From Octopus sinensis (lineage: Eukaryota): DNA of 64,000 nt. Both the position numbers and the translations under genes were made by a program. Below the pieces are notes generated by a model. The model was not told where the DNA came from, searched no databases, and saw only the letters and a list, made by a program, of their open reading frames with translations. The DNA is taken from NCBI RefSeq assembly GCF_006345805.1, contig NC_043020.1, positions 9,548,001 to 9,612,000 on the forward strand, read 5' to 3'. Numbering within the stretch: position 1 is the first letter of the stretch; each line of letters begins with the position of its first letter. Shown here piece after piece: positions 49,925 through 62,933 of the stretch.

Positions 49925-51940
49925 GTATGTATTATCCTCATCTGTTTGCTCTGTAGTAATAACTGATACTTCCCTATCAAATACTAGCAGTATCGCCCGG
50001 CATTGCTCGGGTTTGTAAGGGAAATAACTATATAAGCATTTTAGAGAGTTACTTCCCTTATAGATGCCAATTCGGGCTTTCTTAGCCATTTCTGTTTTGG
50101 TGTCTTCAAGCCATGAAGTCGTTGTTCTAAAAGAACACTGGTCTCCTTGACAACGCTTTACGACGTTGATTTCCTTACACTCCCTTCCCCACAGCTTCAC
50201 GAGGGAGGGAAGAAGGGGGAGAAGCAAACAGGTGCAGGTGTGACCATGGACGCCAACTCCGCCGCCATCGACACATGAAAAATTATGCATTAAAATGGAA
50301 TAAAAAATGATGTTAAATTATTTTTAAAATCGTAGACTCATCGTAGACGCGCGCTAATACCCAGAAGGGCTCGATATGAATCACGACTATAAGATACCCG
50401 AATTTGGTTAAACTGCACCGCAAAATGTGGGAGTAGTTAGGAATCTAAATCGAAGGGGACAGACACTCACACAACTACAGTTTTATATATATAGATAAGA
50501 GTAGCATAGCCTAGTGGTTAAGAGTGTTACACTCATGATTTTATAGTTGTGGTTTCAAGTCCAAGGCAGAGCATTACAACCTGTTCTTGAGCAAAACAAA
50601 AACGACAGGCTTCTTTCAGTTTCTGTCTACCAAATCCACTTATAAGGCTTTGGTCAGCTTCTGGCTACTGTAGATGACTGGTCAAGTTGCCACACAGTGG
50701 GATAGGACTCCACACCATGTATACATACATGCATACACATATATATACACACATGTATATCTCTATATAGGTATATGTGTGTGTGTGTGCTGCACATGTG
50801 TATGTATGTATGTATGTATGACAAATGATGCTGGTGTGTTTACGTCCCTGTAACTTAGCGGTTCGGCAAAAGGGACCAATAAAATAAGTACTAGGCTTAC
50901 AAAGAATAAGTCCTGGGGTCGATTTGCTCGACTAAAGGTGGTGCTCCAGCATGGCCACAATCAAATCACTGAAACAAGTAAAAGAGTATATATATACATA
51001 CATTCATATATATATATATTATATATATATATAATATATATATATATATATGCGCAGGAGTGGCTGAAAGAAGCCTGTCGTATATATGTATATATATGTA
51101 TGTGTGTGTGTGTGTGTGTGTTTGTGTGTCTGTGTTTGTCCCTCTAGCATTGCTTGACAGCCGATGCTGGTGTGTTTACGTCCCTGTCACTTAGCGGTTC
51201 GGCAAAAGAGACCGATAGAATAAGTACTGGGCTTACAAAGAATAAGTCCCGGGGTCGATTTGCTCGACTAAAGGCGGTGCTCCAGCATGGCCGCAGTCAA
51301 ATGACTGAAACAAGTAAAAGAGTAAAAGAGTAAAGTACAAAGTGAGATAGGAGTTATGAAAGTAACCCATTATGGGATATCAGTTATCCAATATACTGCT
51401 GGTGAAGTACATAAATGCTTTTAATTGCATAGCCAATAAAAGTGGATTTAAAAATCCAAGCTCTATCCTCAGTCAGCACTCCTGAAAATACCAGCTAAGA
51501 GCATGTACCGAAGTGGACTGCTTTCCTTAAACAAAACCATTCATATAAACTCAGATTTCAGGAATATTTTAATAGTCCTGCTGCAAGTAATGATGTAGTT
51601 GAACCAGGAGTGGCTGTGTGGTAAGTAGCTTGCTAACCAATCACATGGTTCCGGGTTCAGTCCCACTGCGTGACATCTTGGGCAAGTGTTTTCTGCTATA
51701 GCCCCGGGCCGACCAATGCCTTGTGAGTGGATTTGGTAGACGGAAACTGGTAGACGGAAACTACTATAGCCCGAGGCTATAGTAGAAGACACTTGCCCAA
51801 GGTGCCATGCAGTGGGACTGAACCCGGAACCATGTGGTTGGTAAGCAAGCTACTTACCACAACAATTCTATGAAATTTAGTTTTTGAATTGACTGTTTTT
51901 TTTCTTTTTAATAATTCTTTTTGTGATCTCTCTCTTATAG

Positions 51941-51992
51941 ATTTGAACTCCGGAAAGTTCTGTCATTTGGAATGTTCAGCAGTGGTATCGTG
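51941..51992 (+). CDS. SLC37A3: SLC37A3-like 52-bp exon
   Basis: ttatag|a-FELRKVLSFGMFSSGIV|gtacgt; completes the Lys codon from the previous exon. Confidence 0.85.
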
Positions 51993-53155
51993 GTACGTAT
52001 CTATTCAATATTTCAGTCTCTGCCTTTCTATAACAACCTCTACTAATTACTAACATCCAAATTCTTCTTCTTCTTCTTCTTCTTCTTCTTCTTCTTCTTC
52101 TTCTTCTTCTTCTTCTTCTTCTTTTTCTTTTTCTTCTTCTTCTTCTTCTTCTTCTTCTTCTTCTTCTTCTTCTTCTTCTTCTTCTTCTTCTTTTCTTCTT
52201 CTTCTTCTTCTTCTTCTTCTTCTCGTTCATCTTCTTCTTCTTCTCCTCCCCCTCCTCCTCCTCCTCCTCCTTATTGTTATTGTTATTTGGGTGTTACAAT
52301 GGCCAAAATAGTTGACACTCTTTTGGGGGTCGATAAATAAGTACTAGGGTCGATATAGTCGACTTGACCGCCCCCCCCCAAAAAAAAATAATTGCTGGCC
52401 TTGTGCCAAAATTTGAAGTCAATATTTAGATATCCTCGGACCAATGAGTTGGCAGAACAGTTAACACGCCAGACAAAATGCTCAGCAGAATTTCTTTTGG
52501 CTCCTATGTCTGAGTTCGAATTCCATGGAGGTCAACTTTGCCTTTCATCTTTCCAGGGTCGATACAATAAGTTACCAGTCAAGTATTGTGGTTGATATAA
52601 TCATCTTGACCCCTTCTCCGACCACATGATTCTGGGTTCAGTCCCATTGCGTAGTACCTTGCACAAGTGTCTTCTTCTATAGCCTCATACCAACCAAAGT
52701 GGAGGCGCAATGGCCCAATGGTTAGGGCAGCGGACTCGCGGTCATAGGATCACGGTTTCGATTCCCAGACCGGGCGTTATGAGTGTTTATTGAGCGAAAA
52801 CACCTAAAAGCTCCCGGCAGGGGATGGTGGTGATCCCTGCTGTACTCTTTCACCACAACTTTCTCTCTCACTCTTACTTCCTGTTTCTGTTGTACCTGTA
52901 TTTCAAAGGGCCGGCCTTGTCACTCTCTGTGTCACGCTGAATATCCCCGAGAACTACGTTAAGGGTACACATGTCTGTGGAGTGCTCAGCCACTTACACG
53001 TTAACTTCACGAGCAGGCTGTTCCGTTGATTCGGATCAACCGGAACCCTCGTCGTCGTAACCGACGGAGTGCTTCCCCCACCCATGCCAACCAAAGCCTT
53101 GCAAGCGAATTTGGTAGATGGAAACTGAAAGAAGCCTGTTGTATATATATATGTT

Positions 53156-53188
<33 letters not shown>

Positions 53189-53669
53189 CATCATTATCGT
53201 CATCATCATCATCAACTGTAAAAGACACATTATCATCATCATCATCATTATCATCGTTTAGCGTCCGCTTTCCATGCTAGTATGGGTTGGACGGTTCAAC
53301 TGGGGTCTGGGAAGCCAGAAGGCTGCACCAGGCCCAGTCTGATCTGGCAATGTTTCTATGGCTGGATGCCCTTCCTAACGCCAACCACTTCATGAGTGTT
53401 GTGGGTACATTTTACGTGCCACCGGCACAGGTGCCAGGCGAGGCTGGCAACGGCCACGATCGGATGGTGCTTTTTCGTGTCACCGGCACGAGGCCAGTTG
53501 GGGCGGCACTGGCAACAGTTGCCACATTCGGATGGTTCTCTTACGTACTACCGACACTGGTATCACAGCTGCAATTTCCATTGATGTTGATCGATTTCGA
53601 TTTTGATTTGGATTACAACAAAAAATATTTTTAATGTTTTTTTTTTCCCTTGGTTTTATCTACTTCTAG

Positions 53670-53815
53670 GTTCTTTGCTTTGGCTATGTCACCGAAGTAA
53701 CACACACATACAAAAAATATTTATATATGATTCTGATGGTACTCAATGGTCTTCTGCAGTCTTTGGGGTGGCCATGTGTTGTTGCTATTATGGGAAACTG
53801 GTTTGGAAAATCAAG
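53670..53815 (+). CDS. SLC37A3: SLC37A3-like exon
   Basis: ttctag|VLCFGYVTEVTHIYKKYLYMILMVLNGLLQSLGWPCVVAIMGNWFGKS-ag|gtattc; carries the OPA-family NGLLQS.GWP..V..MGNWF signature. Confidence 0.93.
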
Positions 53816-53979
53816 GTATTCTTTTGAAATTATTTATTTTTCTCTCTTTTTTTTAGTTTCTTTTTCCATTTTTTTTTATTGTATGTTAGTTAATTCTTTG
53901 TTTCTGTGCTTCATTTTAGAAAATATTAACATCAGACAGTAGCCTCAAGGTCACACACATGCACACATAAACACATACT

Positions 53980-54530
53980 ATCTATCTATCCACTCAGTCG
54001 AAGTCGACTCTCGGTTACTCAATGGATCAGTGTCCTCCAGCCGGTTCTATCCTGGGTCACTTCTTTCAGATTGGCTATGGTCATTCCCGTGTCACTCTTG
54101 ATGGTGTCAAGCCAGTGGGTTCTTGGTCGGCCTCTTCCTCTCTTGCCACTGACCATTCCGAGCATGATGTCCTTCTCCAGGGATTTTCTTCGCATAACAT
54201 GACCAAAATATGCCAATCTATGCTTGGTGATCCTAGCTTCTAGCGACATTTTCGGTTTGATCTGGTTAAGAACTTCTCCATTGGTGAGCCTTGCTGTCCA
54301 TGGAATCTGTAAAAGTCTTCTCCAACACCAAAGCTCGAATGCATTAATTCTCTTCTGGTCAGCTTTCTTTAGTGTCCAGGTCTCGCATCCATATGTTGCT
54401 ATTGGGAAGACGATTGCATTCACCAATCTGCATTTGGTAGCGAGTCTGATGTTTCTACTCTTCCAGACCCTGCTCATGCTGACCATTACTTCTCTGCCTA
54501 GTACTCTCCGCCGCCTTATTTCCGGAGTGC
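53980..54530 (-). mobile_element. RTE/BovB-like LINE 3' fragment
   Basis: TKCRLVNAIVFPIATYGCETWTLKKADQKRINAFELWCWRRLLQIPWTAR...YFGHVMRR..LEKDIMLG...GKRGRGRP..W. Confidence 0.9.
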
Positions 54531-55755
54531 AGTTACCATACTCTTACTCTTTACTCTCTTTTACTCTTTTACTTGCTTCAGTCATTTGACTGTGGCCATG
54601 CTGGAGCACCGCCTTTAGTCGAGCAAATCGACCCCAGGACTTATAATAATAATAATGAAATTATTGTATACAGTGCTCAGGTGCACCACAACAAACCCTA
54701 ACCCTAACTTATTCTTTGTAAGCCCACTACTTATTCTATCAGTCTCTTTTGCTGAACCACTAAGTTATGGGGACGTAAACACACCAGCATCAGTTGTCAA
54801 GCGATGTTGGAGGGACAAACACAGACACACAAACATACACACACACACACATATATACGATGGGCTTCTTTCAGTTTCCATCTACCAAATCCACTCACAA
54901 GGCTTTGGTCGGCTCGAGGCTATAGTAGAAGACACTTGCCCAAGGTGCCACGCAGTGGGACTGAACCCGGAACCATGTGGTTGGTAAGCAAGCTACTTAC
55001 CACACAGCTCGATTTATTTTGGAGCCAAGGAAGATGAAATCATCAACCACTTCGATCTCTTCATTATCGATCTTGATACACACATGCACACATACTTAAG
55101 GAATTACAACCGTGTTTCATGGTCTGCTACCACAACAGCTCCTTTATAGGATCCAGTTAGCTCAAGACATCATCAGGAGGAACCACGTCCGGTTTCGGCC
55201 CCTACTCCTCTGCCATTTTGGCGTGGCGGGGCACCCCCCTTTCGGAGGTGTCTTCAGCTCTGGTGTTGGGTTCATGTCTTCTTTCTTCTTCTTTCTTCTG
55301 TTCCCTGGCCTCTTCGATGTATCATCAGCGAGTGTCAGCCGGTGACTGACTGTCTTGTCAAATTTTTCCCTTTAAATACCTGCCGCATAGGCTCCAGCAG
55401 GCAGCCCCAGCAAGTTGTCACGTGACACTGTCTCACCTTAACTGACTAGTGAAGGCGCGTAGTTTTAGCCCGCGCTTTTGTAAACGACCGTCACCTGTCA
55501 ATCAGCGAAGCTGATTCAGTCAACTTGTCTCACCTAATGATGTTATTTCCTGTCAGCGTGTCTATGACTTCCAAGCCATTTTCGGTCTTCCCGCTTCAGC
55601 CATATATAGAAGCTGGCTTTTTCGACCGCCTCCTGTACTCTCCTTATTAGTTACTTAATCTTCCACTCAGTCTCCACTCAGTCTCTGTTCAATCTCCACT
55701 CAGTTTCTACTCAGTCTCCACTCACTATATGATATTTTATGCTTCTCTCTTTCAG

Positions 55756-55852
55756 CCGTGGTTTTATCTTGGGTCTCTGGAGCTCTTGTGCCTCTGTGGG
55801 TAACATCATCGGTGCCCTAGTCACTGCACGTGTACTAAAGTATGGCTATGAG
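55756..55852 (+). CDS. SLC37A3: SLC37A3-like exon
   Basis: ttcag|c-RGFILGLWSSCASVGNIIGALVTARVLKYGYE|gtatgt; 97 bp. Confidence 0.93.
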
Positions 55853-55880
55853 GTATGTCTGATACACTACTAATAACTCT

Positions 55881-56486
55881 ATTTCTACCACATCCACCCA
55901 TGATGTACCACATCCACCCATGATTTCTACCACATCCACCCATGATGTACCACATCCACCCATGATTTCTACCACATCCACCCATGATGTACCACATCCA
56001 CCCACGATTTCTACCACATCCACCCATGATTTCTACCACATCCACCCATGATTTCTACCACATCCACCCATGATTTCTAGCACATCCACCCATGATTTCT
56101 ACCACATCCACCCATGATGTACCACATCCACCCATGATTTCTACCACATCCACCCATGATGTACCACATCCACCCATGATTTCTACAACATCCACCCATG
56201 ATTTCTACCACATCCACCCATGATGTACCACATCCACCCATGATTTCTACCACATCCACCCATGATGTACCACATCCACCCATGATTTCTACCACATCCA
56301 CCCATGATTTCTACCACATCCACCCATGATTTCTGCCACATCCACCCATGATTTCTACCACATCCACCCATGATGTACCACATCCACCTATGATTTCTAC
56401 CACATCCACCCATGATTTCTACCACATCCACCCATGATTTCTACCACATCCACCCATGATTTCTACCACATCCACCCATGATGTAC
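55881..56486 (+). repeat. Minisatellite of interspersed 22-bp and 20-bp units
   Basis: gatttctaccacatccacccat and gatgtaccacatccacccat, roughly 28 units, starting 28 bp after the exon donor at 55853. Confidence 0.95.
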
Positions 56487-57084
56487 ACCTGAAACTCTGC
56501 TACTAAAACTACTTCTTCCTAGCATTAATTCTATTTCAGTTCATTATCGTTTGTCACTGATTAACTATTTGACCAGTTAACTAATCAGTTGTTTGATAAA
56601 TTATTTGGTTAATTAATTAATTAATTAATCGGTTATGTTTATCAAAGTCCCTTCATTGCTCTTTGTGACCTCATCAGGACATGCCATCTCTGTTGACCTG
56701 CATATAGAGAAGGCGTGTCATCGATGAGGTTTGTGACTAGCTCTGAAAGGACTTCGACAAACCTAGCTGATTAATTAATTGACTGAACAATTAATCAAAT
56801 GAAATGAAATCATCATCGTCATCATCATCAACATCATCATCATCATCATCATCTTCATCATCATCATCGTCTTCATCATCATCATCATCATCGTCTTCAT
56901 CATCGTTGTCATCGTCATCGTCTTCATCGTCATCATCATCATCATCGTCTTCATCATCATCATCATCGTCGTCTTCATCATCATCATCATCATCATGTAA
57001 CATCTATCTTCTATGCTGGCATGGGTTGAATGTTTAGACAGGTGCTGGTAAGTCTGTAGACTATGCCAAACTCCAATGTCTACT

Positions 57085-59160
57085 TTGGCACGGTCTTTAC
57101 AGCTGGATGCCCTTCCTAATGCCAACTACTTGACAGAGTGGAACAAGTGCTTTTTATGTGGCACCAGCACCAGTGAGGTCTGTTTTGGCATGGGTTTTTT
57201 CTTACAGCTGGATGCCCTTCCTAATGCCAACCACTTGACAGAGTGAACAAGTGCTTTTTATGTGGCACAGCACCAGTGAGGTCTGTTTTGGCATGGGTTT
57301 TTCTTACTGCTGGATGCCCTTCCTAATGCCAACCACTTGACAGAGTGAACCAAGTGCTTTTTATGTGGCACCAGCACCAGTGAGGTCTGTTTTGGCATGG
57401 GCTTTTTCTTACTGCTGGATACCCTTCCTAATGCCAACCACTTGACAGAGTGAACCAAGTGCTTTTTATGTGGCACCAGCACCAGTGAGGTCTGTTTTGG
57501 CATGGGTTTTTTCTTACTGCTGGATGCCCTTCCTAATGCCAACCACTTGACAGAGTGAACCAAGTGCTTTTTATGTGGCACCAGCACCAGTGAGGTCTGT
57601 TTTGGCATGGGTTTTTTCTTACTGCTGGATGCCCTTCCTAATGCCAACTACTTGACAGAGTGGAACAAGTGCTTTTTATGTGGCACCAGCACCAGTGAGG
57701 TCTGTTTTGGCATGGGTTTTTTCTTACTGCTGGATGCCCTTCCTAATGCCAACCACTTGACAGAGTGAACCAAGTGCTTTTTATGTGGCACCAGCACCAG
57801 TGAGGTCTGTTTTGCATGGGTTTTTTCTTACTGCTGGATGCCCTTCTAATGCCAACTACTTGACAGAGTGGAACAAGTGCTTTTTATGTGGCACCAGCAC
57901 CAGTGAGGTCTGTTTTGGCATGGGTTTTTTTACTGCTGGATGCCCTTCCTAATGCCAACCACTTGACAGAGTGAACCAAGTGCTTTTTATGTGGCACCAG
58001 CACCAGTGAGGTCTGTTTTGGCATGGGTTTTTTCTTACTGCTGGATGCCCTTCCTAATGCCAACTACTTGACAGAGTGGAACAAGTGCTTTTTATGTGGC
58101 ACCAGCACCAGTGAGGTCTGTTTTGGCATGGGTTTTTTCTTACTGCTGGATGCCCTTCCTAATGCCAACCACTTGACAGAGTGAACCAAGTGCTTTTTAT
58201 GTGGCACCAGCACCAGTGAGGTCTGTTTTGGCATGGGTTTTTTCTTACTGCTGGATGCCCTTCCTAATGCCAACTACTTGACAGAGTGGAACAAGTGCTT
58301 TTTATGTGGCACCAGCACCAGTGAGGTCTGTTTTGGCATGGGTTTTTTCTTACAGCTGGATGCCCTTCCTAATGCCAACCACTTGACAGAGTGAACCAAG
58401 TGCTTTTTATGTGGCACCAGCACCAGTGAGGTCTGTTTTGGCATGGGTTTTTTCTTACTGCTGGATACCCTTCCTAATGCCAACCACTGACAGAGTGACA
58501 GAGTGAACCAAGTGCTTTTTATGTGGCACCAGCACCAGTGAGGTCTGTTTTGGCATGGGTTTTTTCTTACTGCTGGATCCCTTCCTAATGCCAACCACTT
58601 GACAGAGTGAACCAAGTGCTTTTTATGTGGCACCAGCACCAGTGAGGTCTGTTTTGGCATGGGTTTTTTCTTACTGCTGGATGCCCTTCCTAATGCCAAC
58701 CACTTGACAGAGTGAACCAAGTGCTTTTTATGTGGCACCAGCACCAGTGAGGTCTTTTGGCATGGGTTTTTTCTTACTGCTGGATGCCCTTCCTAATGCC
58801 AACACTTGACAGAGTGAACCAAGTGCTTTTTATGTGGCACCAGCACCAGTGAGGTCTGTTTTGGCATGGGTTTTTTCTTACTGCTGGATGCCCTTCCTAA
58901 TGCCAACCACTTGACAGAGTGAACCAAGTGCTTTTTATGTGGCACCAGCACCAGTGAGGTCTGTTTTGGCATGGGTTTTTTCTTACTGCTGGATGCCCTT
59001 CCTAATGCCAACCACTTGACAGAGTGAACCAAGTGCTTTTTATGTGGCACCAGCACCAGTGAGGTCTGTTTTGGCATGGGTTTTTTCTTACTGCTGGATA
59101 CCCTTCCTAATGCCAACCACTTCACAGAGTGGACTGGGTGCTTTTTATGTGGCACCAGCA
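57085..59160 (-). repeat. 105-bp satellite (~20 copies) derived from the retroposon-B core
   Basis: Unit tgctggatgcccttcctaatgccaaccacttgacagagtgaaccaagtgctttttatgtggcaccagcaccagtgaggtctgttttggcatgggttttttcttac; preceded by the family-B tail at ~56995. Confidence 0.95.
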
Positions 59161-60006
59161 CTGACAAGGTCACAGCATAATTTGAAAGACAAAGTACTTG
59201 TTAAGCATTTTGTCTGACATGCTAACCATGCTGCCAGCGCCCTGCCTAGGTCTGACTGACAGGAGTTCCCTATACGACAGTAACGATACTGCCACATTCT
59301 GTCTCACCAATATGACTCATCATCATCATCATCATCATCGTTTAGCGTCCGTTTTCCATGCTAGCATGGGTTGGACGGTTCTACTGGGGTCTGTGAAGCC
59401 AGAAGGCTTCATCAGGCCCAGTCAAATCTGGCAGTGTTTCTACAGCTGGATGCCCTTCCTAACGCCAACCACTCCGTGAGTGTAGTGGGTGCTTTTTACG
59501 TGCCACCCGCACAGGTGCCAGACGAGTCTGGCAAACGGCCACGAACGGATGGTGCTTTTTATGTGCCACTGGCATGAGGGCCAGGCGAGGCTGGCAACGG
59601 ACACGAACGGATGGTGCTTTTTACGTGCCACCGGCACGAGGCCAGTCGGGGCGGCGCTGGCAACGGTCGCAAAATGGAAGGTTCTCTTACATGCCACCGG
59701 CACTGGTAACACATCTGCAATTTCCATTGATCAGTTTCGATTCTGATCCTCACTTGCCTCAACAGGTCTTCACAAGTAGAGTTTTGTGTCCCAAGAAGGG
59801 AAGGTATGCATACGTAGGCTGGCTCCATCCCATGTAGAAGTCCTATAATACAATTCTCTAATACTCCAGTGTAACTGTAACACAACTGTTTCTCAGTTCC
59901 CATAACATCCCTAGCATAGTGTCTTTATAATCCATCCAGTTGCTTTTCCTAGTTTTTACTGTAACAGAGTTTGCAAAACCTTTCACACTGTTTGTTTTTA
60001 TTTCAG

Positions 60007-60091
60007 TATTCTTTTCTAATTACATCCACATTTTTGATTGGACTTGCAATTATCAACTTCTTTAGCTTGATCAGTTCTCCAGCAGATTTAC
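60007..60091 (+). CDS. SLC37A3: SLC37A3-like exon
   Basis: tttcag|YSFLITSTFLIGLAIINFFSLISSPADL-c|gtaagt; 85 bp, hydrophobic TM6. Confidence 0.88.
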
Positions 60092-60181
60092 GTAAGTAAG
60101 CCCCACAGCTTTTTGTCTCAGATATAATTCCATTTGCATTTAGAATGTGTTATAAGACTATAAGCGATCTCATTACTTGAA

Positions 60182-60692
60182 TACCATAAATCCTCGAGTA
60201 TAGTCTGCTCTTGGGTATAATACACAGGGTATTTTTCGGGGGCTCTACCTCTGGAAAACCTAAACCTTGTGTATAATACGCACCCCTTCTCTAACTTGAG
60301 TTGTGCGTAATTAAGACAGCAGTACCTAGTCGAACAAACACTTCTGCACATGCATAATACAATAATTGTGATGTTCTTAACTGTTATATGGGAATGTAAA
60401 TATGTTTACAAATTATTTTTCTTACATGTTATTCTGTGTTCTGAATGCTTTTATTTTAATAAATGTTGCTTACTGCAAGTTATGGATGATTCTTTTATGA
60501 CTTCATTGCTTTCAGGCTTAGCTTAAGGTATTTTCGTGCCTGACATCACAAAATGCGTCTGAATAAACATTGCCGGACAGCAAATTGCTTAGAAAATATT
60601 TTTCATTTTTAACCTCATATATAATACGCACTAGGGATTTTGACCTTTAAATTTGGGGGGGAAATGCGGATTATACTTGAGGATTTACAGTA
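60182..60692. mobile_element. Tc1/mariner-superfamily (Tc2-like) MITE
   Basis: Inverted ends taccataaatcctcgagtata / tatacttgaggatttacagta. Confidence 0.7.
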
Positions 60693-61391
60693 GTAATTTT
60701 ATTTTATCAATCACAGAAGGATAAAATCAGAGTTGATCTCTGCAGTGTTTACACACAGAATGTAAAAGTGCTGTAAAAAACGTCCGCTTTCCATGCTAGC
60801 ATGGGTTGGACGATTTTGACTGAGGACTGGCGAACCAGGTGGCTGCACCAGGCTCCAATCTTGATCTGGCAGAGTTTCTACAGCTGGATGCCCTTCCTAA
60901 TGCCAACCACTCCGAGAGTGTAGTGGGTGCTTTTACATGCCACTTGCATGAGGGCCAGTCAGGCGGTACTGGCAATGGCCATGAAAATATCATGTTTTTT
61001 TGTTTTTGACTGAGGACTGGTGAACCAGATGGCTGCACCAGGCTCCAATCTCATCTGGCTGAGTTTCTATAGCTGGATGCCCTTCCTAACGCCAACCACT
61101 CCGAGAGTGTAGTAGGTGCTTTTACGTGTCACCTGCACACCAGCAGAAGTGCCAGTAAGGCGACGCTGGTAACGATCATGCTGACATTGTAGTGCAGATG
61201 TGAGAGGCCAAATCTGACAGATTGAGTTTACCACTCAGTAACAGATGAATTTTTTCCTAGAGGCTTCCATGCAATTTCTTTCCCCTCTACTAAATTTCAC
61301 TCCCATACTTTGATGGGGACATAAACACACCAGCATCAGTTGTCAAGCGATGTTTGGGGGGGCAAATACAGACACACAAACATATACACAC

Positions 61392-61452
<61 letters not shown>

Positions 61453-62009
61453 GCTTCTTTCAGTTTCTGTCTACCAAATCTACTCACAAGGCTTTGGTCA
61501 GCCGGAGGCTATAGTAGAAGACACTGGCCCAAGGTGCCACGCAGTGGGACTGAACCCTGAACCATATGGTTCGTAAGCAAGCTACTTGCCACGCCTAAAA
61601 TTTTGTCTGTTTTTAAGAGTTTAAATTCTGCTGAGGTTAACTGAACCTTTCATCATCCCTTTTGAGGTTGATAAAATAAGTACCAGCTAACCACTGGGGG
61701 TCAATGAAATCCACTTAACCCTTTCCTCTAAACCTGCTGGCCTTGCTGCCAAAATTTGGAGCCACAAGCTGGGAGAATTGTTAGCATCCTGGGCAAAACG
61801 CTTTGTGGCATTTTGTCTGTCCTTACATTCTGAGTTCCAATTTCACTGTGACCAGCTTTGCCTTTCATCCTTTCAGGGTTGATAAAATAAGTACAAGTTA
61901 TGCACTGGGGTGGATTTAATCGACTTAGCCTCTCCCAAGCCTGCTGGCCTTGTGCCAAAATTTAAAATCATCATCATCATCACCATCACCATCATCATCA
62001 TCATCATCA

Positions 62010-62044
<35 letters not shown>

Positions 62045-62066
62045 TTTCCCTTCTTTTGTTTTTCAG

Positions 62067-62114
62067 TAAGATCCAGGAAATACGTCTATGAACCAATTGT
62101 AGATGCTAATGAAG
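62067..62114 (+). CDS. SLC37A3: Probable SLC37A3-like central-loop exon (48 bp)
   Basis: Long pyrimidine tract then ttcag|ta-RSRKYVYEPIVDANE-g|gtaacc; phase 1-1 and in frame with the previous exon. It has low sequence conservation. The gene continues beyond the window. Confidence 0.55.
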
Positions 62115-62559
62115 GTAACCAGATTCATCTCTTCTCATACACACACACAGACACACACACTCACTCACACACACACACACACACACATACGTATACATGT
62201 TCTGTCTACCAAATACTGACATCAACTTTCTTGTGACATATTTAGACAGGGAAAGGCAGCGCCTCTGACCTTGAGTTTTTTGCAGGGCTTCAGTGACTGG
62301 TCAGAGAGGAAATGAAGAGAAAGAGCTTACTCTTTACTCTTTACTCTTTACTCTTTTACTCGTTTACTTGTTTCAGTCATTTGACTGCGGCCATGCTGGA
62401 GCACCGCCTTTAGTCGAGCAAATCGACCCTGGGACTTATTCTTTGTAAGCCCAGTACTTATTCTATCGGTCTCTTTTGCCGAACCGCTAAGTGATGGGGA
62501 CGTAAACACACCAGCATCGGTTGTCAAGCAATGCTAGGGGGACAAACACAGACACACAA

Positions 62560-62602
<43 letters not shown>

Positions 62603-62933
62603 TATGACGGGCTTCTTTCAGTTTCCGTCTACCAAATCCACTCACAAGGCATTGGTCGGCCCGGGGCTATAGTAGAAGACACTTGCCCAAGATGCCACGC
62701 AGTGGGACTGAACCCGGAACCATGTGGTTGGTTAGCAAGCTACTTACCACACAGCCACTCCTAAATCTTTATCCACACCATATAGAAAAAATATTTATTT
62801 GTTATTTATTTATTTATTGTTTATTTATTTATTGTATATGTACTTAATTGATTTTTAGAATAAGGTTTTTATAGTATATTTATTTTTTCTCGCATAGCAA
62901 GTGATTTGAGCTGAGATCGTGTGCTGGAACAAA

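Noticed and set aside
52701-52775. tRNA gene
   Set aside because: It has A/B boxes but no full cloverleaf and continues into the SINE-C body. It is inserted in a SINE-A head with a ccaaccaaag duplication.
53690-53730. Apparent frameshift in the SLC37A3 exon at the A-run
   Set aside because: Recounting gives an uninterrupted frame (TEVTHIYKKYLYMILM).
55100-55330. Minus-strand ctgaaga...ccgaaaccggac and ctgatga...gaaac hammerhead-like words
   Set aside because: No convincing stem I, and the cleavage triplet is wrong. I could not support a ribozyme or element call.
57085-59160. CRISPR-like array or 35-aa repeat protein (ALGRASSSKKKPMPKQ...)
   Set aside because: The units are wholly near-identical with no unique spacers, there are no cas genes, and the context is a eukaryotic intron. 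The ORFs arise because 105 is divisible by 3 and are broken by indels.
59690-59810. HDV-like ribozyme at the 5' end of retroposon B
   Set aside because: P1/P3-like pairings are visible (cacttg/caagtg in the 34130 copy; cct/agg), but the L3 loop is only 4 nt and no P2 partner was found.
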